This document shows, one piece after another, positions 17,228 to 26,645 of a stretch of DNA of 64,000 bases. A program made the translations under genes and the position numbers. Under the pieces are notes generated by a model. That model ran no database searches. It saw only the letters and a list, made by a program, of their open reading frames with translations, and had not been told where the DNA came from. This stretch comes from Candidatus Doudnabacteria bacterium (GTDB taxonomy: Bacteria; Patescibacteriota; JAQUNI01): the NCBI GenBank assembly GCA_041644975.1, contig JBAZQX010000001.1, positions 39,274-103,273 of the forward strand, written 5' to 3'. Within the stretch, counting starts at the first letter, position 1, and the number at the start of each line of letters is the position of its first letter.

Positions 17228-18382
17228 CTATTGAATAGTTTCCTGAAACAGAGTTTCTAGCTGCCCAACCATTTTATTCCAATCATACTTCGCCGCTTCT
17301 TTTTTGCCCCTCTCACCCATTTTTTGGCGCAAGGCGGGATCGCTAAGCAGTTTATTGATGTAATAGGCTGTTTTTTTGTAATCACCTACAGGGGTTAAAA
17401 ATCCCGCCTCATTATTCGGCACTAGATATGGAACTGCGGAGTGATTAGTGGACACAATTGGTAGTCCCGCGGCCATCGCTTCGGCAAGGACAATACCAAA
17501 AGCCTCATATTTGGTTGGCAGGCAGAAGAGAGTGGCGTTTTGATAAGCGGAGTGTAGATCTTCCCTTTTTAATTTTCCGAGCCAAAGAAGTTTATCTTGG
17601 ACATTATATTTGATGGCTAGATGAACGAATGTTTCTTTATCGGCAAAGTCAGTGCCGGCAATGGCGACAATGGTATTGGGATGTTTTTTTAAGACTTCAG
17701 GCAGGGCTTTGATTAAAATATCAACCCCCTTGCCATAGCAGATGCGCCCGGCAAAAAAGATAATATTTTCATCTTGTATATTATATTGCTCAAAAACGTT
17801 GTAAGGAATTTTTTGCTTCAGTGCTGATTCAATGCCTGGCGGGATAATGATAATCTTTTTGGGTTTGTAATCTTTTAAGATTAACGCCTTTTCAAATTCT
17901 GAAATTGCGATGACGCAGTCCGCAGCCATAGTTAAGCTGCCGAAAATCTTGCGATAGCAAAACCATTTTTTTGCCTCGCGGCTCTCTAGGTAAAAATAAG
18001 GGTGCAAGATAAATGGCACTCTTTTTATTTTGGAAAGAAGCCAGGCAATATCCGCGGAATAGTAATAAAAATTGTGGGTGTAGATTAAATCTAGGTTTTT
18101 TGTCTGAAGCGCCGCTTTCAGCATACCCTGAAAATAGGGGTAAGGAAACTTGCCCTGGTATTTTGCTCTAAAGCGGCGGACATAGGGAGGGTCATTTTGA
18201 TATTCTTCCGCGGTTAAATACACAGGCGGAATACTATGGCTTCTAAGATTAGAGGTCAAAACTTGGACATTGTGGCCTTTTTTGCTCAAACCTTCAGTGG
18301 ATTGATAAATCATCTCTTCCGCGCCGCCTGGAGCGGGAGGATAGCGGAGACAAGTGGTTAAGATATTGAGTTTCCTTGACAT
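17228..18382 (-). CDS. GT4-family glycosyltransferase
   Basis: It has EAFGIVLAEAMAAGLPIVST (EX7E) and a GT-B layout. Confidence 0.75.
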   Translation of the reverse strand: MSRKLNILTTCLRYPPAPGGAEEMIYQSTEGLSKKGHNVQVLTSNLRSHSIPPVYLTAEEYQNDPPYVRRFRAKYQGKFPYPYFQGMLKAALQTKNLDLIYTHNFYYYSADIAWLLSKIKRVPFILHPYFYLESREAKKWFCYRKIFGSLTMAADCVIAISEFEKALILKDYKPKKIIIIPPGIESALKQKIPYNVFEQYNIQDENIIFFAGRICYGKGVDILIKALPEVLKKHPNTIVAIAGTDFADKETFVHLAIKYNVQDKLLWLGKLKREDLHSAYQNATLFCLPTKYEAFGIVLAEAMAAGLPIVSTNHSAVPYLVPNNEAGFLTPVGDYKKTAYYINKLLSDPALRQKMGERGKKEAAKYDWNKMVGQLETLFQETIQ

Positions 18383-18540
18383 AGATAATGAGATCGTCGT
18401 TGCGAGGAGGAAGGCGAAGCCGAAGCCTGACGACGAAGCAATCTCCTAAAAGAGTAAAGGTTTGTCATCCAAAATTATTTAATTTTATGAGATTGCCGCG
18501 TCGCTCTTTGGGGTCGCTCCTCGCTAATAGACGAGAAGAA
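18383..18540. repeat. GC-rich patch: hairpin cgtcgt-tgcgaggaggaaggcgaagccgaagcctga-cgacg plus a CTCCTCGCTAATAGACGAGAAG copy of the cysN-upstream arm
   Basis: Direct reading. The second part lies within the 3' end of the 18465..19340 CDS and encodes LLARSD. Confidence 0.55.
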
Positions 18541-19340
18541 TTTTGCCAATATTTGATACGGGTAACTGATTCATAAAAAGTTCCAAACAGCGCATAGACG
18601 AAGCCGTGGATGCCATCTTTATATCCTTGATGCCGAAAATAGCGCGAGATAAAAAAGCGCAAAGGGCGGTAAATGAAAAACCAAGCTAAAGACCAAGGAT
18701 TATGCAAAGTCATTTTAATCTCGCGGCCATAACGGTCTTTTTTTGTTTTTACCATTTCCTTTGCGTCAATTTCCGTGTAGCGGATAAATTTTTCAAAATA
18801 GTGATTAACAGTATCAAAAGAATAATGCAAATAGTGATTTTTTAAAAATCCTGAATCTCGATCTTCACGCTTAACAATTCTTCCCTCTTTGTCCGCCACT
18901 TGTTCGTGAACATCACGCACCCAATGGCTGCCATTATTACGGAATAGTCTTAGGTGTGGGCAGGGATACCAAGCTCCATGGCGCAAAGGGTGTCCTAAAA
19001 AATAGGTTTGAAAAGGAATCCAATAGAAATTTTGGGCAGGGTTTTTCAAGATTGCTAAGATTTCAGTTTTAAGCTTTGGGGTTATCCTTTCATCAGGATC
19101 AATCTGTAAAATCCAGTCGCCCGTTGTGTATTGCAAGCCAAAATTCCTTTGTTTGGCGTAAGAATTGTCCCAGCGGCGCGTATAGATTTTATCTGTATAC
19201 GCTTTGACGATTTTTTGTGTCCCATCATCGCTTTCCGCGTCCACAATTATAATTTCATCCGTCCATTGGACGGATTTTAAGCATTCTTTCAGCTTATCGG
19301 CATTATTATAAGTGATGATGAGAGCGGAAATTTTAGGCAT
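18465..19340 (-). CDS. GT2-family glycosyltransferase
   Basis: It has ISALIITYNNADKLKECL, IIIVDAESDDGT and QIDPDE motifs. Confidence 0.7.
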   Translation of the reverse strand: MPKISALIITYNNADKLKECLKSVQWTDEIIIVDAESDDGTQKIVKAYTDKIYTRRWDNSYAKQRNFGLQYTTGDWILQIDPDERITPKLKTEILAILKNPAQNFYWIPFQTYFLGHPLRHGAWYPCPHLRLFRNNGSHWVRDVHEQVADKEGRIVKREDRDSGFLKNHYLHYSFDTVNHYFEKFIRYTEIDAKEMVKTKKDRYGREIKMTLHNPWSLAWFFIYRPLRFFISRYFRHQGYKDGIHGFVYALFGTFYESVTRIKYWQNSSRLLARSDPKERRGNLIKLNNFG

Positions 19341-19425
19341 AGTTGACTCCTCCCCTGATAAGGGGAGGACGGGAGGGGTTATTCGGAAGAGATAACCCCC
19401 TCTAACTCCCCCTTATCAGGGGGAG
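19341..19425. repeat. GC-rich palindromic mini-element, family B, at a gene junction (ctcccctgataaggggag ... gggaggggttattcggaagagataaccccctc ... ctcccccttatcagggggag)
   Basis: It is nested inverted repeats. It supplies the GGAGGAG Shine-Dalgarno sequence 7 nt upstream of the 18465..19340 start and encodes the last ~15 codons and the stop of 19379..20122. Confidence 0.7.
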
Positions 19426-20122
19426 AACTCAATCTTTTTAAAATATACTCCCCTATCACCACTAGGGGCGCAATCCAGAGGTTAAGTTCAGTCAGCTTTT
19501 GTAAGTGTTCCTCAAACGCCTTTGGAGTCACGGTGAAGCGATAATCCGTTTGGCGGCTCGCGACTAAATGATAGGATTCAATCAGCCAGAGATTTTTCCT
19601 AGCCGCTCTCTTTGCCTCTTTATTTAAATCGTTCCAATCCGTTTTTTGATTAGGCACAAAGGATTTGAGGTTGAAAAAGTCAATCGGCGGGATATGATTT
19701 AATTCTTCTTCCACGCCTCTGCCAGCAAAATAATATTTTTTAGCCGTTTCAATTACTCTTTTATCAAAAGCGCCTCCTGGGTAAACAATGGTTTTAGCTT
19801 TCAGAATTTCCTGGGATTCCTTGAGCTCTTTTTCTAGATCCGCATCGGAAGCGTTTTTTAAATTCACGTGGTTAATGCTGTGGCTGGCGATTTCGTGGCC
19901 GAGGGCTTTAATCTTCTTGGCAATTTCCAAGGAAGCCGCGGGTATTTTTTCAGTTTTTTCAATTGCTCGCGGATTAGTCGCGAAAGCAAAAGTGGCTTTG
20001 ATGTTATATTTTTTTAGGATAGGCAGAACATTCACCAATGTCTCTTTATAACCGTCATCAAAAACAAGGGAGCACGCCCCCCGTTTTTGAGAATTTGATT
20101 TTTGAGAAAAGATTTTAAACAT
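19379..20122 (-). CDS. polysaccharide deacetylase (CE4 / NodB homology domain)
   Basis: It has LVFDDGYKETL, HSINHVNL and the NodB motif pattern. The C-terminal tail PPDKGELEGVISSE is encoded by the GC repeat. Confidence 0.7.
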   Translation of the reverse strand: MFKIFSQKSNSQKRGACSLVFDDGYKETLVNVLPILKKYNIKATFAFATNPRAIEKTEKIPAASLEIAKKIKALGHEIASHSINHVNLKNASDADLEKELKESQEILKAKTIVYPGGAFDKRVIETAKKYYFAGRGVEEELNHIPPIDFFNLKSFVPNQKTDWNDLNKEAKRAARKNLWLIESYHLVASRQTDYRFTVTPKAFEEHLQKLTELNLWIAPLVVIGEYILKRLSSPPDKGELEGVISSE

Positions 20123-21165
20123 TATACTAGTTTTAATTTACGGAAGAGTTCTTTATTGCGGCTTACCCAATCCGCAAGTTTTTTTACGCCTTGGCTCGTT
20201 GAGATTTGCGGCTCCCAGCCGAATTCTTTTTTCGCCTTGCGGATGTCGGAAACGTACACCGGCTGATCGCCGGGCCGCCAGGGCGCGAAGCTATATTGGA
20301 TGTCTTTATCAAGCATTTTTTTGAGATAGCTAATAAGCTCTAAAAGGGACATCGTATTTTCTGGTCCGCCGCCTATATTGTAGATTTTACCCGCGGTTTT
20401 ATCAATCATCTTGGTCGCCATCACAAAGGCTTGAATCAAATCTTCCACATACAAAACATCGCGAATCTGCTTGCCGTCGCCGTAAATCGTAATGGGACAC
20501 CCCAAGCTTGCCGCGATCGTAAACCAAGCCACCCACCCTTGATCTTCAATGCCGAACTGCCTTTTGCCGTAGATGCAACTTTGGCGGAAGACTACGGCGC
20601 GCAAGCCATAGATGCGGCTGTAATCACGGACATATTGATCAGCTGCTCCCTTGGAGCAGCCATAAGGAGAATGAAAATCCAAAAGGCGATTTTCAGGGAT
20701 CCCTAAAGGCAGATTTTTATATTCATGGCGATCGCCTTTGTCGGCAATTTCAATATCTTCCATACCGCCGTAAACCTTGTTCGTAGAGGCAAAGATGAGG
20801 ATGGGATTATTCTTGGCGTGGCGGACTGCCTCTAGGACGTTAAAAGTCCCCATGGCGTTAATCATAAAGTCCTCATAAGGGTTATTGACCGAACAGGTGA
20901 CCGCCACTTGCGCGGCGAGATGGTAAACTGTGTCCACTTTTTGAATGAGTTCCAAAAGTTTACTCTTGTCTATGCGGATATCCCCGACAACCATCTCCAA
21001 TTTCTTTCCTTTGTGTTTTTTCTCCAGCCACTTTAGATTTTCAATAGTGCCTTTGCGTGAGAGATTATCAAAAATAATTACCTCCGCATTATTTTGCAAG
21101 AGATAGTCCGCGATATTCGCACCAATAAATCCGGCGCCGCCGATGACTAAAAATTTATTTAACAT
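20122..21165 (-). CDS. NAD-dependent sugar-nucleotide epimerase/dehydratase (SDR; CDP-paratose 2-epimerase-like)
   Basis: It has VIGGAGFIGANIADYL (Rossmann) and YGCSKGAADQY (YxxxK). Confidence 0.65.
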   Translation of the reverse strand: MLNKFLVIGGAGFIGANIADYLLQNNAEVIIFDNLSRKGTIENLKWLEKKHKGKKLEMVVGDIRIDKSKLLELIQKVDTVYHLAAQVAVTCSVNNPYEDFMINAMGTFNVLEAVRHAKNNPILIFASTNKVYGGMEDIEIADKGDRHEYKNLPLGIPENRLLDFHSPYGCSKGAADQYVRDYSRIYGLRAVVFRQSCIYGKRQFGIEDQGWVAWFTIAASLGCPITIYGDGKQIRDVLYVEDLIQAFVMATKMIDKTAGKIYNIGGGPENTMSLLELISYLKKMLDKDIQYSFAPWRPGDQPVYVSDIRKAKKEFGWEPQISTSQGVKKLADWVSRNKELFRKLKLV

Positions 21166-21239
21166 TGATTTCCCCCCTCCACTAAATAATTATTTCTTGT
21201 AACTTATAACTTGTTACAGATTTCAAATTGCAGGAATTG

Positions 21240-23147
21240 CTATTTAAAATATTTGGTCAGCTTTTCTAGGGCGATAAAGAAACCCCGCCCTTCGCGTTGA
21301 TGACCCCGCCAAATTTCCGGAATCCAACCGTATTGATAGTCTTTAAATATTTTTTGGATTTTAGTCCAATCTATGTCCCCTTCCCCGATTTGCAATCCTT
21401 CCTCATCGGTGCCGTAGGCGTCAGAGATGTGCAGTTCGCGGACATAGGGTTTAATCCTTTGGAGTGCAGAATAAAAATCCTCCCCGATGAGATTGTAATA
21501 TAATTTTGCATGTGAAAGATCAAGAGTGCAATTAATGCGAGTCCGTTTGCAGAATTCCCGAATTTCATCCAGATCCACGAAGATGTTGTCTACCCATTGG
21601 CCGCCAAAATACCAAGGCCGGGGCGGCAGATTTTCAGGTAATAATTCCACGCCGCGACTATCTATTTTTTTTAGCGAATTTTCAAGGTTTTTCCAAAGCG
21701 TCCTTCGGCTTTTAATAGGGTCAATACTCATTCCGCCGGGATGAAAAACGATTTTGGGCTTAACAGGGACAAAATATTTTTTCATTTCCCTTGCTCGCTC
21801 TACGGTTTTTCGCATTATGGCAATGGCTTCGTCGCGTAATTCTTTTTCCGGGGAGCAAAGATCATTGATGGAGCGGAAATGATATTCGGGAGCGTGGATA
21901 TAAAGCGCGGCAGGATATTTTTGATTGGGTTTAAATTTGTATTCTAAATCTTTATCCGTAAAATGAAATTCTACCATTTTGGGATTCAAGGCCATCATTT
22001 GATCTAAATTGTGAAAACGTACTTTTAGCCCCCAGAAGGATTGAAAGTTTTTACTGAAATTAGATTGTTTCACTTTATGGATGTCGTTTTCTAAAAAGAG
22101 ATCATCTTTTTTGAAGTTTTTTTGCGCTCGTTTGCCAATTAGTGTATCCAGCAGTTGAGGCGACAAACCTTTGCCTGGGCTCTTAACGGCAATCATTTTG
22201 CGATGGATTATTTCCCCTTTTTTTATTTCTTCCGCGGCGACTAGGCTTTTTCCCAGAACCTCGCGGTTTAAGATTTCACCACGGCTCATATATTTTTTCC
22301 CGTCGCCCAAAGCTTGTTCCGTATAGCGGATATCGCGCACGAGGCGCTTAAAATCTTGGGCTTCTAGACTAGCGGCGTGATCTGGACCTTTCATAGAACG
22401 ATCCAGGGTTAAATGGCGTTCAATAATACTGGCCCCTAGTGTTGCGGCAACAATAGACATTGAAATACCCAGCTCATGACCGGAATAACCGACCGGGACA
22501 TTAAATTTTTGACGTAGGGTTTCTATAAAGCGCAGGTTTAATTTATCCCAGGGCGCAGGGTAAGTGGAAGAGCAATGCAGAAGCGCGAATTGGACCTTTT
22601 TCTTTTCCAAGAATCCTACTGTCTTTTCAATTTCATCTAAATAAGCCATTCCCGTTGCCACAATCATCGGTTTTTTGGTTGCCGCCACTTTTTCCAGAAG
22701 CGCAAAATTAGTAAGATCAGGGGACCCGATTTTGTATGCTGGGACCCGTAACTTTTCTAAAAATTCAGCGCTCTTAAGATCAAATGGCGTGCATAAAAAA
22801 GTAATTCCTTTCCGATCACAATATTTCTTTAAGAAAAAGAAATCTTCCTCCGTGAGTTCAAATTCGCGCAGCAAAGGAATCATGTATTGGAAATTTTGCT
22901 CGCCTAGGTTGGGGTTATCAAGTATTTCCTCGGTATAAATATGTTTCAGGTTTCTTTTTTGAAATTTAACCGCATCGGCCCCCGCACTAATCGCGACATC
23001 AACAAGTTGTTTGGCGATTTGCACCGAGCCATTATGATTGACCCCAATTTCGGCGACGATATAGCAAGGGTGTAGAGTGCCGATTTTTTTATTATCTATG
23101 GTAATCTCTTTGATCATAATATACTTCAAATCATAAATTCTAAGCAC
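21240..23147 (-). CDS. NeuB-family nonulosonic acid (sialic/legionaminic/pseudaminic) synthase fused to a SAF domain and a C-terminal xylose-isomerase-like TIM-barrel domain
   Basis: The N-terminus GTLHPCYIVAEIGVNHNGSVQIAKQLVDVAISAGADAVKFQKR is a NeuB signature. The SAF-like LVAAEEIKKGEII follows. The C-terminal ~280 aa has VEFHF / ELLPEN / LDLSHA / LHISD patterns of AP-endonuclease-2-type TIM barrels. The track start is a GTG; an internal ATG lies at ~23117. Confidence 0.7.
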   Translation of the reverse strand: MLRIYDLKYIMIKEITIDNKKIGTLHPCYIVAEIGVNHNGSVQIAKQLVDVAISAGADAVKFQKRNLKHIYTEEILDNPNLGEQNFQYMIPLLREFELTEEDFFFLKKYCDRKGITFLCTPFDLKSAEFLEKLRVPAYKIGSPDLTNFALLEKVAATKKPMIVATGMAYLDEIEKTVGFLEKKKVQFALLHCSSTYPAPWDKLNLRFIETLRQKFNVPVGYSGHELGISMSIVAATLGASIIERHLTLDRSMKGPDHAASLEAQDFKRLVRDIRYTEQALGDGKKYMSRGEILNREVLGKSLVAAEEIKKGEIIHRKMIAVKSPGKGLSPQLLDTLIGKRAQKNFKKDDLFLENDIHKVKQSNFSKNFQSFWGLKVRFHNLDQMMALNPKMVEFHFTDKDLEYKFKPNQKYPAALYIHAPEYHFRSINDLCSPEKELRDEAIAIMRKTVERAREMKKYFVPVKPKIVFHPGGMSIDPIKSRRTLWKNLENSLKKIDSRGVELLPENLPPRPWYFGGQWVDNIFVDLDEIREFCKRTRINCTLDLSHAKLYYNLIGEDFYSALQRIKPYVRELHISDAYGTDEEGLQIGEGDIDWTKIQKIFKDYQYGWIPEIWRGHQREGRGFFIALEKLTKYFK

Positions 23148-23149
23148 TA

Positions 23150-23260
23150 AATCCTAAACAATATCTAAATTCAGAATCTAAAATTCAAAACTATTTTGAA
23201 TTTAGAGCTTTAGATTTTGAATTTGTTTAGAATTTAGGATTTAGAATTTAGGGTTTCTTT
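23150..23260. repeat. intergenic palindrome of tandem ctaaat/tctaaa units (aatcctaaacaatatctaaattcagaatctaaaattcaaa ... tttgaatttagagctttagattttgaatttgtttagaatttaggattt)
   Basis: Direct reading. Confidence 0.65.
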
Positions 23261-23976
23261 CTTCTTTCCCTCATAATTTGCGTTGTGATTTTGAAATCCA
23301 AGATTGAATCTAAATCTACAGAGTCTTCAAGGCTCATTATCATAGTAACGAGTTTATTCCCGAAAACGCGGTTCTCTTGGAGAATAAATTTCGGTCTGGT
23401 GATATCAATGACCGCGTTTTGCCAATAAATTGGCTCTAATTTTTGCCTCGGCACATCCGGACCATATTTTAAACGAAATGATGTTTTGAGGTATGGTTCT
23501 AAAAATACTCCCTTTTTAATCCGCCACATTTTGTGAGGGTGTTTATCGCTTTGCGCTACGGTTTTTAAGCCATCAGCATTATAATCAATGACTATTTTAA
23601 TTGCTTGGTCTATTTGTTTCGCGGTGCGCAAGGGAGCGGTCGGTCTTAAATTAACAACCAAATCCGGTGCGTAATTTTCCTTATTTTTAAGCCACACTAA
23701 AGCATGGCGGTACCATTCAATGTCTTGGCTTGTGTCGCGGCTAAAACGGCTTGGACGCAGAAAAGGCACTTCGCAGCCATACTTTTTCGCCACAGCCGCG
23801 ATTTCCTTACTATCCGTGGAGCAAATCAAGCGGTCAATATATTTTGACCTTTTTGCTTCTTTGATGGCGTAATAAATAAGCGGTTTGCCGAGAAGGGAGT
23901 GGATATTCTTCTTGGGTACGGATTTAGACCCGCCGCGCGCTGGAATAATAGCTAAGATGTTCTCTTTTTTGTACAT
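23248..23976 (-). CDS. neuA: acylneuraminate (nonulosonic acid) cytidylyltransferase, CMP-sugar synthetase
   Basis: AIIPARGGSKSVPKKNI...GKPLIYYAI is the classic CMP-NeuAc/CMP-Kdo synthetase N-terminus. Confidence 0.75.
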   Translation of the reverse strand: MYKKENILAIIPARGGSKSVPKKNIHSLLGKPLIYYAIKEAKRSKYIDRLICSTDSKEIAAVAKKYGCEVPFLRPSRFSRDTSQDIEWYRHALVWLKNKENYAPDLVVNLRPTAPLRTAKQIDQAIKIVIDYNADGLKTVAQSDKHPHKMWRIKKGVFLEPYLKTSFRLKYGPDVPRQKLEPIYWQNAVIDITRPKFILQENRVFGNKLVTMIMSLEDSVDLDSILDFKITTQIMRERRKKP

Positions 23977-24167
23977 TAAGGATTTTTTTAGCTTAGATTT
24001 TTACAAAAAATTAAGGTAAGGGATTGACTCAATATTAAAACAATGGTCTAATATAAGTTTTTCTTAAAAAGACCAGTGTAGTTTATTTTAATACATTTTA
24101 GTCATTTTAGCAAGGGTTCTAGATAATAAGGACAGTGTGATTAAAGTGTATTATTGGAGAAAATGTC

Positions 24168-26645
24168 TCACTGGTTTTTCCTCTTCATTTTTCCAATAAG
24201 TAAAACACAAAGAATTAGGATGAGACTTGTAGCACTAATTAAAAGTCCCCCTTTAAACCAATTTTGAGGTTCATATTCCAGAGTAAGTTCATTATTTGTT
24301 AATCCTGCGGGGTCAATATAAAAGCCGTTAATTACGGAATATAAAGGAAAACTTTTAATTTCATTTTGGGGGTGAAGAAATATTTTTCGGAAATATTCTT
24401 TTAATCCATTTTGCTTTAAGTCTGTTTTGGGGGTTATGTGCCACCGCTGGTCATAACTTTCAGCAAAAGCAACTACAAAAGGATGATTGGGTTTATTCTG
24501 AAGATCTATTTTAATTTTAGTAGGGTTAATTTTTTGATATTGCAGATGAGGCAGGGAAGGAGTTTCTTTCTCTTCTATTTTTTCCTGTTTTTCTTCCAAG
24601 AATAAAGCATCAATAATATTGATGTCGCTTTCACGGAAGAGTTTAGAATTACTAATTTCAAACCAGGAGTCCTTTTCAGGGTTTGTTTTTGCTTTAAATT
24701 CTATTTTTATATAGTAGGTATTATCAGGAGTGCCAAAAAAGTGGGAAATCTTTTGTGGTTCTAGGTTGTTCTTTCGGTTTTCCATAAAATATTCCACTTT
24801 AAAGGCAGTACGTTGGGTTTGGAGGTCATAGTCTTTGCCATAGAATAAGACACGGGCATCTAAATTTGCTAAATTTTGACCACATAGTTGATACTCTAGA
24901 TAAAAACCCTGATTTTCTTCTACTTGAATTGCATTGGTAATCAGTCTACCTTCTCTATTTGGATTCAGACCATTTTTGGGAATATCAACCATGATACTTT
25001 GAGGTATAGAGCTTTGTTTAGAGGTATTTGATCCCTTGGGGGATTCCTCATTATTACTAAATTTTAGATTTTCAGGATCCAAAATAAAAAAGTTCTTTGT
25101 GGTTAGAAAATTACGCTCTTCTACATTTGCGAGGAGAGAAATCTGATTGTCTGCGGTAAAATATTCTTCACCAATTTGATACCATTTGATTAAGTCCAAG
25201 AAGTAATGCTCAAGGCTATATTGTTTTTTGCCGAAGGTTAGATTTAAAATCCGTGGATTTTCTTTAGCCAGATTTTCATAAGAGATTATTTCTTCTTTTT
25301 GATTTTGGAGTTTATTGATTTGATCGGGATCATTTTTAAATCTGATGAGAACAGTGTATTCATCCCCTTTGGGCAGCTTTAAATTTAAGGGTTCTGTCAT
25401 TTCTGTGGGGTTAATTTTTTGGAGATAAGTTACCGGGGTTTGGGTGATGATTTCTTGAGCTTGCTTTTTGTAACTTTGATATTTTTCCTCTGGCACTAGT
25501 GCTAAAAGATTAACCGCATTAAAACCCACTAGGTTTTGAATAATCAAAAAATGTTTACCTTTTGCGACTTTGCCTAAAGGTATTGTGTTAGTTGTAAATT
25601 TATTGTTAAGATCTAAAGTTTGAATTATTTTTTCCTTATTGCCTTTTTTGATTTTTAATTTGCCCCCATGATTGTTCTGGAAATAACGTACTGTGAGAAT
25701 ATAATCTGTATCTTCAGAGATATAAAATGGGACTTTAATTTCCATATCTTTATCCTCGGAATAAACTAAGCCTTTCCCATAATCGAAATCCCAGTTTGAA
25801 ACTTTGAGTTGGTCAATTACGCGATGCCATTCACCATGCAGAGGTTCTTCTGTGGAAGCTTTTTGCCATTCCCCTATTTTTTCATTGGTTGAGGGAGCGA
25901 TTTCAACAAGATATTGGTTCTCAATCAAGGAAAATATTAAATCTTCAAAGTTTGCATTGTTAAAAATGATATTTTGGAATGTTTGGTTTTTAAAACTATG
26001 CATCAAACCTGGTTCCTGATTTAGGAAAATTAAGCCATTTTGGACAGGGTCAAAATCAGTTTTGGAATTGAGAAGATCAAGAGTTTCCATCCCTCCGATG
26101 ACAGGGATGACTTTTTTTGGTATCCAGACAAGGGGTGCATAATTTTTATTCTCAAAGACTTCTAAATATTCTTCCTGTTTAATTTTTTTTAATCCCGGAT
26201 CTCGTTGCAGGCTTGCTAATAAGCTTGGGCTGTATTCACCCGGTAAATCCTTGCGCAAGATAAGGTATTTGGTATTTAAGATGTCAAAAAATTTGTTGAT
26301 GTTAGGAAAATAGCCAGTGATGCTTTGGAGGAAGAGAAAGTGTAACTTTGAATAAACTGTCTCTGGTCTGATGTTTGGTTTAGCCGAAGAGAGAGTAATA
26401 AAGTCATTTACCTCATGGTCGCGCGCCCAGTCCAAGATTGCAGCGTTATATTGCGCCGGCAGCCAGATAACCTTAAATTCTTCTTCTTGATGAGCCAGCC
26501 AAGTATTTAATCGGAAGAAATCCAATGGAATTTCTATAGGCACGAGATTATGGAAGAGAATTCTATCAGCGGCGCCAAAGAAGTAAATCCAGAAGAACAA
26601 AAGAAATAAACTAAGAATAAGATATAGAGAATATTTTTTAAACAT
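24168..26645 (-). CDS. YfhO-family protein, extracytoplasmic C-terminal part (N-terminal signal anchor, ~770-aa exported region, C-terminal TM plus lysine-rich tail)
   Basis: The C-terminal block FAESYDQRW..VINGFYID..LTLEYEPQ..GLLIS..TM..KKK parallels the C-termini of the 826-aa and 877-aa YfhO-like paralogs in this window. Confidence 0.5.
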   Translation of the reverse strand: MFKKYSLYLILSLFLLFFWIYFFGAADRILFHNLVPIEIPLDFFRLNTWLAHQEEEFKVIWLPAQYNAAILDWARDHEVNDFITLSSAKPNIRPETVYSKLHFLFLQSITGYFPNINKFFDILNTKYLILRKDLPGEYSPSLLASLQRDPGLKKIKQEEYLEVFENKNYAPLVWIPKKVIPVIGGMETLDLLNSKTDFDPVQNGLIFLNQEPGLMHSFKNQTFQNIIFNNANFEDLIFSLIENQYLVEIAPSTNEKIGEWQKASTEEPLHGEWHRVIDQLKVSNWDFDYGKGLVYSEDKDMEIKVPFYISEDTDYILTVRYFQNNHGGKLKIKKGNKEKIIQTLDLNNKFTTNTIPLGKVAKGKHFLIIQNLVGFNAVNLLALVPEEKYQSYKKQAQEIITQTPVTYLQKINPTEMTEPLNLKLPKGDEYTVLIRFKNDPDQINKLQNQKEEIISYENLAKENPRILNLTFGKKQYSLEHYFLDLIKWYQIGEEYFTADNQISLLANVEERNFLTTKNFFILDPENLKFSNNEESPKGSNTSKQSSIPQSIMVDIPKNGLNPNREGRLITNAIQVEENQGFYLEYQLCGQNLANLDARVLFYGKDYDLQTQRTAFKVEYFMENRKNNLEPQKISHFFGTPDNTYYIKIEFKAKTNPEKDSWFEISNSKLFRESDINIIDALFLEEKQEKIEEKETPSLPHLQYQKINPTKIKIDLQNKPNHPFVVAFAESYDQRWHITPKTDLKQNGLKEYFRKIFLHPQNEIKSFPLYSVINGFYIDPAGLTNNELTLEYEPQNWFKGGLLISATSLILILCVLLIGKMKRKNQ

